64,000 bases of DNA, from positions 21,280 through 85,279 of the forward strand of contig CALXOX010000003.1 of assembly GCA_944390125.1 (NCBI GenBank), given 5' to 3'. A model generated the notes under the pieces. The model was not told where the DNA came from. It searched no databases and was given only the letters and a program-made list of their open reading frames with translations. Origin of the DNA: an uncultured Alphaproteobacteria bacterium. GTDB taxonomy: Bacteria > Pseudomonadota > Alphaproteobacteria > Rs-D84. Positions 8,589-18,491 of the stretch are shown here, piece after piece. The position numbers and the translations under genes are program-made. How positions within the stretch are numbered: position 1 is the first letter of the stretch; each line of letters begins with the position of its first letter.

Positions 8589-10860
8589 AGAACTGTGTTT
8601 CAAAAGACAACAGGAATCTTTGTTCTCTGTCATACTTTGTCATCTTTAACGGCCAACCCCAGCTGAAGTTCATCGGCCCCATCGGTGTATTCCAGTAAAT
8701 ACCAACACCCAAAGATGTACGTAAATCGCTGTCGATATAGTTTGGATAGCCCATGTAAGTATATTCTTCTTTCGGAGGTTTACCCAAAATACCATAATCA
8801 AAGAACACAAAACCCTTTATTTGGTATTCATCCGGTATGAAAATAGGGAAGTTCAACTGTGTAGAACCATTGATTTTCCATAACCCACCAAGAGAATATG
8901 TTGTATATGCCCAGTTTCTTGAACCGACGCCTGCGATATCAAAACCACGTAAAGATTCACCGCCTAAGAAATAGCGATAAACACGTGAGATATAGTCGCC
9001 GCCAATTGATTGCAATAAGCCAAAGTCCAGCGATGAACGCAGTTGCCATCTATCGTCAAAGAATTTTACCATACCAGTAATATCGGCGCTATATCGCATA
9101 TATGTCTCAGAACCCCCGAAACCTGTATAAGCGATACCGATGTTGCTGACAATACCAGTATGGGTATTCTGTTCGAAATTTGTATCCAGATTGTAATAAC
9201 GGAAATATGTACCCAACGTGTACAAATCTGCATCGCGCCAACCTGTTGCAGATTGTATATCATAGTTCTGGTCAAAAGAGGCTGACAAGCGAACGTTTTG
9301 AGACCAGTGGTCTGTCAACTTCCAACCCATGCGGCCTGCAATTGTTAAAGAGTCGCGATCATAACCAAATCCGCCCAAAGACGAGTAATCGTACATAGTA
9401 TATGAAACGTCAAAGCCAGCGGATAATTGGCGCCCGAACAAGTAAGGTTCTGTGAAACTAAATAATGCTTGTTTTTGGTATTGTGCGATTGAACCACGTA
9501 ATTGAACAACCTGACCGCGCCCCATAAAATTGGTTTCGGTAATACCCGCATCAACCATAAAACCGTTTATGTTGGACCAACCAAAACCGCCAGATAACTC
9601 ACCTGTTGGTTGTTCTTCAACTTCTATATCCAGGTTTATCATATTGGCATCAGCGATACGATTTGGCACCATTTGAACATTTTTGAAGTATCTTGTACGC
9701 ATCAAATTTTGACGACCTTCTTCAATTGTTTGCAACGAGAACGGGTCACCAGAGCGCATAGGTATCAACTGTTCAATAACTGAATCAAACGTACGAACAT
9801 TACCCAAGATATTTATGTTATTCAGATAAATACGATTGGTCTTTTCAATCTGAAATTCCATATCAATTGTCTGATTGTCGTCATTTTTCTTAGGAATTGG
9901 ATTTACGTTGATAAATGCATATCCATAATCAGCGACAGCACCACGCAGGGCAGATATAGTTTCATCAACTAAGTCAATATTATATACGTCGCCAGAATCC
10001 ATTTTCAGAACTTCATACAACTCTTCAGTTGATACGTCAGAAAACGGATTGTTTATTGTCAGTTTGCCGAATTTATATTTTTTGCCCTCATCGACAGTAA
10101 ACGTTACAGAATAATATTGACGGTCTGGTGTAAATACTCCATTTACGTCAGTTACTTGAATGTCAACGTAACCATTGCGCATATAAAATTGTTTCAGCAT
10201 CTGCTGGTCATATAAAATTCTGTCTTCATCAAACACATCAAACTGTGTCATAAAGCGCCACCAAGCATGTTCGCGGGATAGAATTTGATCGCGCAAATCA
10301 GAATCACGGAAGACTTTATTACCTTCAAAATCAATTCTTGTGATATATGTTGGATGTCCTTCATCAATTTCGTAAACAACATTCACTCGATTGTCATCTA
10401 ATTCAATTTTTTGTGGCTCGATTTTTGTTCCAAAGAAACCTTTGCGCTGGTATACAGTCAACATGCGTTGAACATCTGCACCAATTACAGACTCATCATA
10501 TGAATCACGGGCTTTCAGGCGAAGTTCCTTTTTCAAATCATCCGTTGATATTTCATCGTTGCCTTCTATTGTAACCATATTTACAGTAGGCGCTTCTGCA
10601 ATGTCTATCTTCAACGTATTACCAGACATGCTCACGCTAACACGTGAAAAATAACCACTTTCTTGCAGACGCTTTGCAATTCTATTTGTATCATCAGAAT
10701 TTATGTTGTCACCCACCTTTACTTCAGACAGAATTCGAATAGATTCTGCATCCATACGTTGATTGCCTTTCACATCAATTCTAGACACAGTTGCTGCATT
10801 TGCAATCGGTGCTATCAGCATAGAGACTGCTGTGGTAAATAGTACAGTTTTTTTATTCAT
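8587..10860 (-). CDS. bamA: Outer membrane protein assembly factor BamA
   Basis: 757 aa with signal peptide, POTRA-like N-terminal repeats and a C-terminal beta-barrel ending ...LSFETQF. Sits in the canonical position after rseP. Confidence 0.9.
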   Translation of the reverse strand: MNKKTVLFTTAVSMLIAPIANAATVSRIDVKGNQRMDAESIRILSEVKVGDNINSDDTNRIAKRLQESGYFSRVSVSMSGNTLKIDIAEAPTVNMVTIEGNDEISTDDLKKELRLKARDSYDESVIGADVQRMLTVYQRKGFFGTKIEPQKIELDDNRVNVVYEIDEGHPTYITRIDFEGNKVFRDSDLRDQILSREHAWWRFMTQFDVFDEDRILYDQQMLKQFYMRNGYVDIQVTDVNGVFTPDRQYYSVTFTVDEGKKYKFGKLTINNPFSDVSTEELYEVLKMDSGDVYNIDLVDETISALRGAVADYGYAFINVNPIPKKNDDNQTIDMEFQIEKTNRIYLNNINILGNVRTFDSVIEQLIPMRSGDPFSLQTIEEGRQNLMRTRYFKNVQMVPNRIADANMINLDIEVEEQPTGELSGGFGWSNINGFMVDAGITETNFMGRGQVVQLRGSIAQYQKQALFSFTEPYLFGRQLSAGFDVSYTMYDYSSLGGFGYDRDSLTIAGRMGWKLTDHWSQNVRLSASFDQNYDIQSATGWRDADLYTLGTYFRYYNLDTNFEQNTHTGIVSNIGIAYTGFGGSETYMRYSADITGMVKFFDDRWQLRSSLDFGLLQSIGGDYISRVYRYFLGGESLRGFDIAGVGSRNWAYTTYSLGGLWKINGSTQLNFPIFIPDEYQIKGFVFFDYGILGKPPKEEYTYMGYPNYIDSDLRTSLGVGIYWNTPMGPMNFSWGWPLKMTKYDREQRFLLSFETQF

Positions 10861-10861
10861 A

Positions 10862-11920
10862 TTACATCAACCCAAATACACGTGCCAAATCGTTCCACAT
10901 AGTCAAAGCGAACAGACCGATAATGAATATCCAACCGGCAACAATCGCTAATTCCATTCCACGCCCACCAAGTTTCTTACGTGTTATGCCTTCGATAATT
11001 AAAATCAAAAGATAACCGCCGTCAAGTACCGGCAACGGTAAAAGATTTATAACACCCAAATTTACTGATAGCAATGCAATAATTGATAACAATGCAATCA
11101 TTCCCATTGCCATGGCTTGACCAGAAACTTCCGCAATGGTTATGAACGAGCCCAACTGTTTTGTAGAACGTTCGCCCGTTACAATTTGCTTTAATACGAC
11201 CAACAAAGTTTTTGATTGGTAATAAGTTTCACGGGCACCAGAGTACAAGCCATCAAAAAATCCTTTTTTGCGTAATTCTGTTTTGCTGCCATCTGCGACC
11301 AAGCCCCACCGTTCAGCCGGCGATAATTGCACGCGAACCAGTTTATCACCACGCAGCAACACCACATCTGCATCATGTGCAGACGCCAACTCTTTTGCGA
11401 TAATCAGTTCGCCCCAGTTAGTGATTTTCGCATCGTCAATACGTAGCACGACATCGCCTGGTTTGACGCCTGCATCAAATGCGACACTTTCTTGAATTAC
11501 CTGTCCGACGACTGGTAACTGGACTTGTTTCGGTTGAAACATGAATATACCTGAATATATCAACCAAGCCAAAATGAAATTCATAGTTACGCCAGCGGCG
11601 ACGATTATAAATTGCTTCCAAGCTGGGGCAGATAAGTAGTGTCCTTTTTTCTTTTCTGCTGGTAATTCTTTATATTTCTTACGGTCGAACATATCTTCTT
11701 GTCCGTAAATAGAAACATACCCACCCAAAGGTAAACAAGCCAGTTTCCATAAAGTTCCGTGCTTGTCATGCCATTTTACGATAGCTGGTCCAAAACCAAT
11801 AGAGAAAGTATCCACACGAACTTTCGCCCAACGTGCTGCCAGAAAGTGCCCTAATTCGTGAATAAAAACAACGACACCCAAAACAATCAACAATGCAACA
11901 ATTGCCAAAATGATTTGCAT
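10862..11920 (-). CDS. rseP: RIP zinc metalloprotease RseP (site-2 protease)
   Basis: HELGHFLAARW HExxH motif, internal PDZ-like region and C-terminal LDGG motif (LPLPVLDGG). 352 aa. Confidence 0.85.
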   Translation of the reverse strand: MQIILAIVALLIVLGVVVFIHELGHFLAARWAKVRVDTFSIGFGPAIVKWHDKHGTLWKLACLPLGGYVSIYGQEDMFDRKKYKELPAEKKKGHYLSAPAWKQFIIVAAGVTMNFILAWLIYSGIFMFQPKQVQLPVVGQVIQESVAFDAGVKPGDVVLRIDDAKITNWGELIIAKELASAHDADVVLLRGDKLVRVQLSPAERWGLVADGSKTELRKKGFFDGLYSGARETYYQSKTLLVVLKQIVTGERSTKQLGSFITIAEVSGQAMAMGMIALLSIIALLSVNLGVINLLPLPVLDGGYLLILIIEGITRKKLGGRGMELAIVAGWIFIIGLFALTMWNDLARVFGLM

Positions 11921-11957
11921 TTTCTACCTTTCCTTTACCGTATCACGACATAAAATA

Positions 11958-12611
11958 TTACAGCATTACCAACCAGATCAAGGGCAGGGCATAAATCCAA
12001 CCGTCAAAGCGGTCTAATAATCCACCGTGTCCAGGCAGAATGCGCCCAAAATCCTTCAGCCCCATTTTGCGTTTAATCCAACTGGCAGTTAAATCTCCAT
12101 ATTGCGATAACAAAGAAATGCTGATGCCAATCCACATCAACTGCGGCATAAATACATCTGCACCTAACAGACCGTACATAACAGATGCGAAAGTACCGCA
12201 TAAAATGCCGGCGATTTGTCCTGCCCAGGTTTTATTAGCAGATAGGCGTTCCCACATTTTGTCGCCACCAATCATTTTACCAAAGAACCACGCGCCAATA
12301 TCAGCGCTAGCAATAGTCAGCAATAGCAGCAACATAATCCAAGGACGAGTCCCGACAAAACTGGCTGCAGCAAACATTACAAATAACCAAACTAAAAATG
12401 CTCCAAAAGACAACCAATTTTGTCTGATAACATCACGAGATGTACGGCGTAGGCAAACAATCATTTCGATAATCATGCCAAACACTACCAGCATACTTAG
12501 GTATCTAACTGCTGGTATTCCAAAGTATTCACCAACAGCAGCTAAAACAACAATCAGCCCCATTATGATGCCGACAAGAACTCTTTGCATAGTATTTGAC
12601 ATATTTATCAC
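11958..12611 (-). CDS. cdsA: Phosphatidate cytidylyltransferase
   Basis: Polytopic membrane protein with the C-terminal CdsA signature RKMGLKDFGRILPGHGGLLDRFDG. Confidence 0.8.
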   Translation of the reverse strand: MINMSNTMQRVLVGIIMGLIVVLAAVGEYFGIPAVRYLSMLVVFGMIIEMIVCLRRTSRDVIRQNWLSFGAFLVWLFVMFAAASFVGTRPWIMLLLLLTIASADIGAWFFGKMIGGDKMWERLSANKTWAGQIAGILCGTFASVMYGLLGADVFMPQLMWIGISISLLSQYGDLTASWIKRKMGLKDFGRILPGHGGLLDRFDGWIYALPLIWLVML

Positions 12612-12613
12612 CT

Positions 12614-13372
12614 TTATTTCTTACGTCCGGAATAATTGGCTTTTTTGCCACCGCCAAAACGTCTGTTGCGCTTTGCGTATTCATCCAAAGTATATTGCCA
12701 TAATTTTTCGCTGCGGACTAAATCCGGCCAGTGCTCTGGAACAAACAACAATTCAGCATACGCTAATTTCCACAACAAGAAGTTAGATATTCTGAATTCA
12801 TTACTTGTTCTGACCATCAAGTCGATTGGTAATAATTCACCGGTATCCAAGAATGTTTCAAATGTTGCTTTATCAACAGGCTGCCCTGCAGCAATAGCAT
12901 CGTTTACGGCAGCAACAATTTCGTCTTGACCACCATAGTTCAGCGCGAACACAACTGTACCACCAGTGTTTTCTGCAGATGCCTTTTCCAAGTCATCACA
13001 TTTTTTTGCTAATTTTTTTGGCAGTCTGTCGCGAGAACCAATTACACGATAACGTAAATTTTTCTCTAACGCATGCTTCATATTTTTGTCTAGTTCTGTG
13101 TAGAATAAATCCATCAAGAAATTTACTTCTTCATCTGAACGATTCCAGTTTTCCGTTGAAAACAAAAAGAACGTAATTGTAGAAACACCACGTGCAATAA
13201 ACCAGTCTACCAAATTTTCAAAGTTAGTAATTCCTGCCTTATGTCCGGCCAATGGCGGCAAACCACGAGCCTCTGCCCATCGACGATTACCATCACAAAT
13301 GAATGCGATGTGTTGTGGAATTTTTGGTTCTTCAACCGGTTGACTTTCTTTTTTCTTAAAAAGTTTAAACAT
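12614..13372 (-). CDS. uppS: Undecaprenyl-diphosphate synthase (cis-prenyltransferase)
   Basis: HIAFICDGNRRWA and RISNFLLWKLAYAELLF motifs. Confidence 0.9.
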   Translation of the reverse strand: MFKLFKKKESQPVEEPKIPQHIAFICDGNRRWAEARGLPPLAGHKAGITNFENLVDWFIARGVSTITFFLFSTENWNRSDEEVNFLMDLFYTELDKNMKHALEKNLRYRVIGSRDRLPKKLAKKCDDLEKASAENTGGTVVFALNYGGQDEIVAAVNDAIAAGQPVDKATFETFLDTGELLPIDLMVRTSNEFRISNFLLWKLAYAELLFVPEHWPDLVRSEKLWQYTLDEYAKRNRRFGGGKKANYSGRKK

Positions 13373-13416
13373 TTTTTCTAATCCAATATGTTGATACTTG
13401 TTAGCAGATTACTCGT

Positions 13417-13977
13417 TTAGACAGACATAATGTCAGCTTCTTTCTGTTTTGCCAACACGTCAACTTCGCCGGAACGCTTGTCAAAAACTTTCTGTAAATC
13501 ATCTTCAAATTTGCGCTGATCGTCTTCAGAGATTTCTTTATCTGTAACAGCGCGTTTAATTTTTCCCATAGCGTCTTGGCGAATATTGCGCATAGAAATT
13601 TTTGCTTCTTCCGCATATTTGCCAGCAACTTTAGTCAGTTCTTTGCGGCGTTCTTCTGTCAAAGGAGGCATATTCAAACGAATTACACCGCCAGCAGTCA
13701 TTGGATTTAACCCCAGACCAGAATCACGAATTGCCTTTTCAACTGCACCTGCATTATTGATATCCCATACGGTAACCGTCAATGTTTGATTGTCAGGTGT
13801 TGCAACTGTTGCAACCTGGTTGATAGGCATGTCGGAACCATACACAGGAACGCGAACGCCGTCCAACAGATGAACCGATGCACGACCTGTACGCAGGCCA
13901 GCATATTCACCCTGCAAAACTTCTAGAGTTTGTTGAGTTTTTTGTTCAACTTCAGCTTTCAGTGATTGATAATCCAT
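13417..13977 (-). CDS. frr: Ribosome recycling factor
   Basis: Start trimmed to the internal ATG (MDYQSLKAEVEQK...). 186-aa RRF-like sequence. Adjacent to uppS as in the conserved frr-uppS-cdsA cluster. Confidence 0.9.
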   Translation of the reverse strand: MDYQSLKAEVEQKTQQTLEVLQGEYAGLRTGRASVHLLDGVRVPVYGSDMPINQVATVATPDNQTLTVTVWDINNAGAVEKAIRDSGLGLNPMTAGGVIRLNMPPLTEERRKELTKVAGKYAEEAKISMRNIRQDAMGKIKRAVTDKEISEDDQRKFEDDLQKVFDKRSGEVDVLAKQKEADIMSV

Positions 13978-14057
13978 AATAAATCTCCTTGTACTGAAAA
14001 AGGGTAGCAAATTGATTTGACTTTTGGCAAGAAGAAATATAGAATAATGCAGCACAT

Positions 14058-14133
14058 GGGGTTGTAGCTCAGTTGGTAGAGCACTTGCATGGCATGCAAG
14101 GGGTCGTCGGTTCGAGTCCGATCAGCTCCACCA
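14058..14133 (+). tRNA. tRNA-Ala (anticodon GGC)
   Basis: Manual cloverleaf: acceptor GGGGTTG/CAGCTCC with G3:U70 Ala identity pair, D arm GCTC-AGTTGGTA-GAGC, anticodon stem CTTGC/GCAAG with loop ATGGCAT, T arm GTCGG-TTCGAGT-CCGAT, encoded CCA. Confidence 0.8.
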
Positions 14134-14173
14134 TTTTTTTGCGTTTTTTCTGTTTGTTATTTATGGTCTTAGT

Positions 14174-14716
14174 ATGGTTTCCAGATGCCCGTGGGTAAAT
14201 CTTAAAAATGAAAAGTATATTGCGTACCATGACAGAGAGTGGTGTGTACCCAAACACGATGACCACGAGTTATATGAATTGTTGATATTAGAAAGTTTTC
14301 AGGCTGGTCTATCATGGGAATGTGTATTAAATAAGCGCGAATTTTTCAGACGTGCATATGATAATTTTGATATAGATAAAATAGAAAATTATACGGATAT
14401 AGACATTGCCCGATTGATGTCAAACTCTGGTATAATAAGGAATAAGTTAAAAATACAGGCAAGCATAACTAACAGCCGCATATTCAAGGAAATTCAGCAA
14501 GAATTTGGCAGTTTTGATAAATATATTTGGGGATTCAGTGACAATAAAATTATACGAGAAGATTGCACAAAATATACACACTCGGAATTATCTGATAAAG
14601 TATCCAAAGATTTACGTCGTCGTGGTATGAAATATGTAGGAACGACAATAATATATTCATATTTACAAGCGATAGGTATAATAAATGGGCATACTGAAGG
14701 TTGCTTTTGTTCATAA
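14174..14716 (+). CDS. tag: DNA-3-methyladenine glycosylase I
   Basis: CPW...YHDREWCVP motif and LILESFQAGLSW, typical of Tag. 180 aa. Confidence 0.8.
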   Translation: MVSRCPWVNLKNEKYIAYHDREWCVPKHDDHELYELLILESFQAGLSWECVLNKREFFRRAYDNFDIDKIENYTDIDIARLMSNSGIIRNKLKIQASITNSRIFKEIQQEFGSFDKYIWGFSDNKIIREDCTKYTHSELSDKVSKDLRRRGMKYVGTTIIYSYLQAIGIINGHTEGCFCS

Positions 14717-14769
14717 TATCTTGACAAAAAGATAAAGATATATTAGAATGGACGGGCTTTAATGAGTAT

Positions 14770-14847
14770 GGCGGATGTAGCTCAGTTGGTTAGAGCACTG
14801 GTTTGTGGTACCAGGTGTCGCCGGTTCGAATCCGGTTATCCGCCCCA
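14770..14847 (+). tRNA. tRNA-His (anticodon GTG) with G-1
   Basis: Manual fold: extra 5' G-1 opposite discriminator C73, anticodon stem CTGGT/ACCAG with loop TTGTGGT, T arm GCCGG-TTCGAAT-CCGGT, encoded CCA. Confidence 0.8.
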
Positions 14848-14848
14848 G

Positions 14849-14882
14849 TTATAAAAAAGCCGGCTTCATGCCGGTTTTTTTT
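14849..14882 (+). terminator. Intrinsic terminator after tRNA-His
   Basis: AAAAGCCGGC-TTCAT-GCCGG hairpin followed by T9. Confidence 0.7.
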
Positions 14883-14995
14883 TATAACTTTGGTCGGGTC
14901 GGGTTCGAACCGGCGAAAAAAGCGACTTGTATATTTTTAGTTGACAATAATATTTTTTCGTCTAATATCTTTGGGCAATATAAAAAGGATTTTAC

Positions 14996-15298
14996 ATGTC
15001 AGAAGTACAAGAATTACATGGACAAATTGAATTTTTAAAAGAACACAGTGCTCGTTTGCACGGTGAAAAAAAGCAATTGGAGCATAAATTAGAAAAAGCT
15101 GCTGAAGAAAAACGTGCTTTGTTGCAGAAGTTGGCAGAGGCAGAAGGTAGAGTGCTGTTGGCTGAAAGAAAAGCGGCTGATATTGAAGCAGAAAACAGCA
15201 AACTGCACAAACAGATAGAAGTATTGAAAGAATTTAATACCAGATTAAACGAACAGGTAAAATACGCTGAACGCGCACAATACGTTCGTCAGAAATAA
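14996..15298 (+). CDS. Coiled-coil hypothetical protein (100 aa)
   Basis: Heptad-rich sequence (EFLKEHSARLHGEKKQLEHKLEKAAEEKRALLQKLAEAEGR...) followed by a strong terminator. Confidence 0.5.
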   Translation: MSEVQELHGQIEFLKEHSARLHGEKKQLEHKLEKAAEEKRALLQKLAEAEGRVLLAERKAADIEAENSKLHKQIEVLKEFNTRLNEQVKYAERAQYVRQK

Positions 15299-15328
15299 AA
15301 AAAACGCCCATTTGGGCGTTTTTTATTT
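15297..15328. terminator. Bidirectional intrinsic terminator
   Basis: ACGCCCA-TT-TGGGCGT hairpin with flanking A and T runs, between convergent stops (15298 plus, 15327 minus). Confidence 0.7.
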
Positions 15329-17123
15329 AACCAATCAATTTGTGCCACAGACCGGATTTCTTTGCCGGTGTCTTTTTACGACGACGATGCGGCGCATTCA
15401 TTGTTGTTTTCTTTGCCTCAACATGCTGCGCGTTTTTCTTTTTCGCATCAGTAGAGGGTTCGTAAGCGGCCAACAATTCTTCCGTTTTATTTTGTTCCGG
15501 CGCCACACGTTGGATTGAATATTGATCAATATTCATCAAACTGTCATCGCCAACAATTACGATTTCCGTTTCAAATTCGGCTTCCATTGCGGCCAGTTCT
15601 GCGCGTTTGTGATTTAACAGATAAATCGCTACGTCTGTTGGAACTGTCATAATGATTTTCTGTGCCGTCTTTGCCAACAGTTTTTCCTGTAGGTGACGGA
15701 ACAATATAATTGCCGCAGTTTGAATACTTGGCACAACACCTGCACCCATACAGTGTGGACATTGAACATATGAAGATTCCATAAAACTGCTGCGCAAGCG
15801 CTGACGTGATAACATCAATACACCAAAGTTATTGATTTTTGCAACCTGTGTACGTGCGCGGTCGCGTTTCATAACTTCACGCATTTTAGCTTCTAATTTG
15901 CGATTGTTCTTTTCTTCTTCCATATCAATGAAGTCAATTGCAACAATGCCAGCCAAATCACGCAAGCGTAATTGTAGGGCAATTTCCTCAGCAGCTTCCA
16001 GATTTGTATTCAACGCTGTCTGTTCAATGTCTTTTTCTTTAATTGCACGCGAAGAGTTTACGTCAATTGTAACCATTGCTTCAGTCTGATTGATTACCAA
16101 TGAACCGCCTGATGGCAATTGAACGTATGGCCCGTGTAAGCCTTCTAGTTGTTTTTCAACACCTGCTTTTACCATTAAAGGAACAGCTGGGTCTTTATAC
16201 TGAACTAATTGCTTACGTGGTGCTTTGCCGTACATTTGCTGAAAATATTGCTTTGCAGCATCATAAGCTTCTTCACCTTGAATAACCAAGACGTCATCTT
16301 TGTCAGACAGAAAATCACGAACTACACGACGCAGTAAAGAATCTTCTGTATGAATTGTGATAGGTGCTACTGATTCCAGCGTTGTTTTACGAATTTCATT
16401 CCACAAGTTTACCAGATAGTCATAATCATTTGCTATGGATGAAGCATCTGCGCCAAAAGCAGCTGTACGCAGAACAACCGTCATACCCTTTGGAATTTTC
16501 AGATTATGCAGAATTTCACGAAGACGTGCACGTTCTGCCTTATCAGAAATCTTTTTAGAAATTCCATAACTATTGCGTTTGCGAGAGTTTGGCATTAGAA
16601 CGGCAAAGCGGCCTGCCAACGACAGGTATGTCGTCATAGAAGCGCCTTTTTGCCCACGTTCTTCTTTAACACCTTGAACCAGCAAAATTTGCTTAGGTTT
16701 AATTACGTCCTGAATTTTAAATTCGTGTGAACGTTTTACAAGTTCTTTATTGTCTTCGCCTGCACTGTGGTCATCGTATTCTGCGACTTCATCATTTTCA
16801 TCGTCTGGGTCGTCATCGTCATCAACGATGTTGGCATGTGCTAATTCCAGCAATTTTTTTTTCTGTTCTGGTGTCACCTGATAGTAGTCTGGGTGAATTT
16901 CAGAAAACGGTAAAAAGCCATTTTTTCCCGAGCCATAATCAACGAATGCCGCCTGCAAGGAAGGTTCAACGCGAATAACCTTTGCCAGATAAATGTTCCC
17001 TTTTATCTGGGGTTTTGTGGTTGTTTCAACGTCAAAATCAGAAACACGATTGGTAGCAGTATCTACCACCACCACTCGGGTTTCCTCTGGGTGGACTGCG
17101 TCCACATAAATCTTCTTTGACAT
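15327..17123 (-). CDS. rne: Ribonuclease E/G family endoribonuclease (short RNase E)
   Basis: N-terminal S1 region (GNIYLAKVIRVEPSLQAAFVDYG), catalytic-domain similarity throughout, an acidic insertion (DDDDDPDDENDE) and a basic C-terminal tail. Confidence 0.8.
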   Translation of the reverse strand: MSKKIYVDAVHPEETRVVVVDTATNRVSDFDVETTTKPQIKGNIYLAKVIRVEPSLQAAFVDYGSGKNGFLPFSEIHPDYYQVTPEQKKKLLELAHANIVDDDDDPDDENDEVAEYDDHSAGEDNKELVKRSHEFKIQDVIKPKQILLVQGVKEERGQKGASMTTYLSLAGRFAVLMPNSRKRNSYGISKKISDKAERARLREILHNLKIPKGMTVVLRTAAFGADASSIANDYDYLVNLWNEIRKTTLESVAPITIHTEDSLLRRVVRDFLSDKDDVLVIQGEEAYDAAKQYFQQMYGKAPRKQLVQYKDPAVPLMVKAGVEKQLEGLHGPYVQLPSGGSLVINQTEAMVTIDVNSSRAIKEKDIEQTALNTNLEAAEEIALQLRLRDLAGIVAIDFIDMEEEKNNRKLEAKMREVMKRDRARTQVAKINNFGVLMLSRQRLRSSFMESSYVQCPHCMGAGVVPSIQTAAIILFRHLQEKLLAKTAQKIIMTVPTDVAIYLLNHKRAELAAMEAEFETEIVIVGDDSLMNIDQYSIQRVAPEQNKTEELLAAYEPSTDAKKKNAQHVEAKKTTMNAPHRRRKKTPAKKSGLWHKLIG

Positions 17124-17328
17124 TTAGTAATCCTTTTATGTTGTATGCGTATGGAATGGCAATAATCCGTCCCTGTGGGGCGTCCAAGCCCATGCCAAGG
17201 GAGTGCGCAACGATGATAAACAGCGCGTATCGAATTAAAAATAGCAGTGATAGTATAAACACTTATATCAACCCCATTTCATACGTTGACATCTAGCATA
17301 GCATGCCAATGCCACGCAAGCAAGGTAT

Positions 17329-18369
17329 TTATTTTTTGTGTTTTTTTACATGCTTTATGTTCTTGATATTTTTGATTTTTTCGGGAATTTGTGGAATTTT
17401 CTCTTTGGCTTCCGCCAACCAACGTTTCATACGACTACGCAGCCAGTTTTCGTATATAAAGAACAACCCGCCAGCTCCAATCAATGGCAGTACATAATAT
17501 ATTATTCTGTACGCTAATAAGGCACCAAAGATGTCAGCCTTATCAACACTGTCTGGTAATGCCAATAAGAAAATGCTTTCAAATACCCCGATGCCACCAG
17601 GAACCTGACTGAACACACCAGTAGTTTGCGCGATAACGAACAAGCCGATATAGGTTCCAAATGGTATTTGCACGAAAGGCAGCAGACAACAATATAGTAC
17701 TAAGCCCGCTAATACACTGTCAGTTGCACCCAACAGCATTTGCAAAAAAGCAGTTTGGGTCGTAGGGACTTGAAATTTTAAACTGCCGATTTTGATACTT
17801 TTCTTTTGGAAAAATATGGTCGCGGCAAAATACGCCAGCACTGCTGCCGAGCAAATAATGAATAGAGTATTTATGCCAAGGCTTGCCCCGACAGAGCGGT
17901 CTAATAGTGCAGAAGGCACCAAGAAATATCCTAATATTAGAATAGCAGAGCAGCCCAAAAAGAACGTAAAACCGGAAAATGTAAGCATTTTTACGATATC
18001 ACCGCCACTGATGCGCCAACGGGTATAAAGGCGATATCTGATTGCACCGCCACTTACAACTGCATGCCCAGCGTTATTGCTGATTGCAAAACCCAACATT
18101 CCGGCCAGCATCCATTTCCACCAAGAAACATGACCGCCCACATATCGCAGTGCCAACAGGTCATATAAAGAAAGTGCCAGGTAACCTGCGAAACACGCTA
18201 CGCAAGCCATTATTAAATTTATCCATGGAATTGCCAGCAAGGCATGAATTATATCCGACAGATTGTAATCGCGCAACTGCCACCAAAGCATAAAAGCGGC
18301 CAGAATAAAGAAAAATATACCCGAATAACTAACTAACTTTTTAAACAGGCGTTTCGTCTTAGCTGACAT
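17329..18369 (-). CDS. Polytopic membrane protein, lysyl-PG-synthase-TM/flippase-like (UPF0104) family
   Basis: Start trimmed to MSAKTKRLFKK.... About 8 TM segments; resembles LPG_synthase_TM-type proteins. Assignment is from memory. Confidence 0.5.
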   Translation of the reverse strand: MSAKTKRLFKKLVSYSGIFFFILAAFMLWWQLRDYNLSDIIHALLAIPWINLIMACVACFAGYLALSLYDLLALRYVGGHVSWWKWMLAGMLGFAISNNAGHAVVSGGAIRYRLYTRWRISGGDIVKMLTFSGFTFFLGCSAILILGYFLVPSALLDRSVGASLGINTLFIICSAAVLAYFAATIFFQKKSIKIGSLKFQVPTTQTAFLQMLLGATDSVLAGLVLYCCLLPFVQIPFGTYIGLFVIAQTTGVFSQVPGGIGVFESIFLLALPDSVDKADIFGALLAYRIIYYVLPLIGAGGLFFIYENWLRSRMKRWLAEAKEKIPQIPEKIKNIKNIKHVKKHKK

Positions 18370-18491
18370 AAAAATCCTTTTGCAAGCAAGCAGGGTACAC
18401 TTATATATGTAAAAAAGCAAATGTAAAAAGCATTGCAATCTGGAACTGGTATTATATAGTAGAGTTCTGATACAATAAAAAGGGTATATTT

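Noticed and set aside
12040-12786. 248-aa plus-strand ORF spanning cdsA/uppS
   Set aside because: It is entirely antisense to two well-supported conserved genes (cdsA, uppS). The product is low-complexity (I/N/T/P-rich) with no start context. This is a typical shadow ORF of an AT-rich genome.
14069-14266. 65-aa minus ORF overlapping tRNA-Ala; also 14805..15038 plus ORF overlapping tRNA-His
   Set aside because: Both overlap confidently folded tRNA genes and their terminators, so they are spurious.
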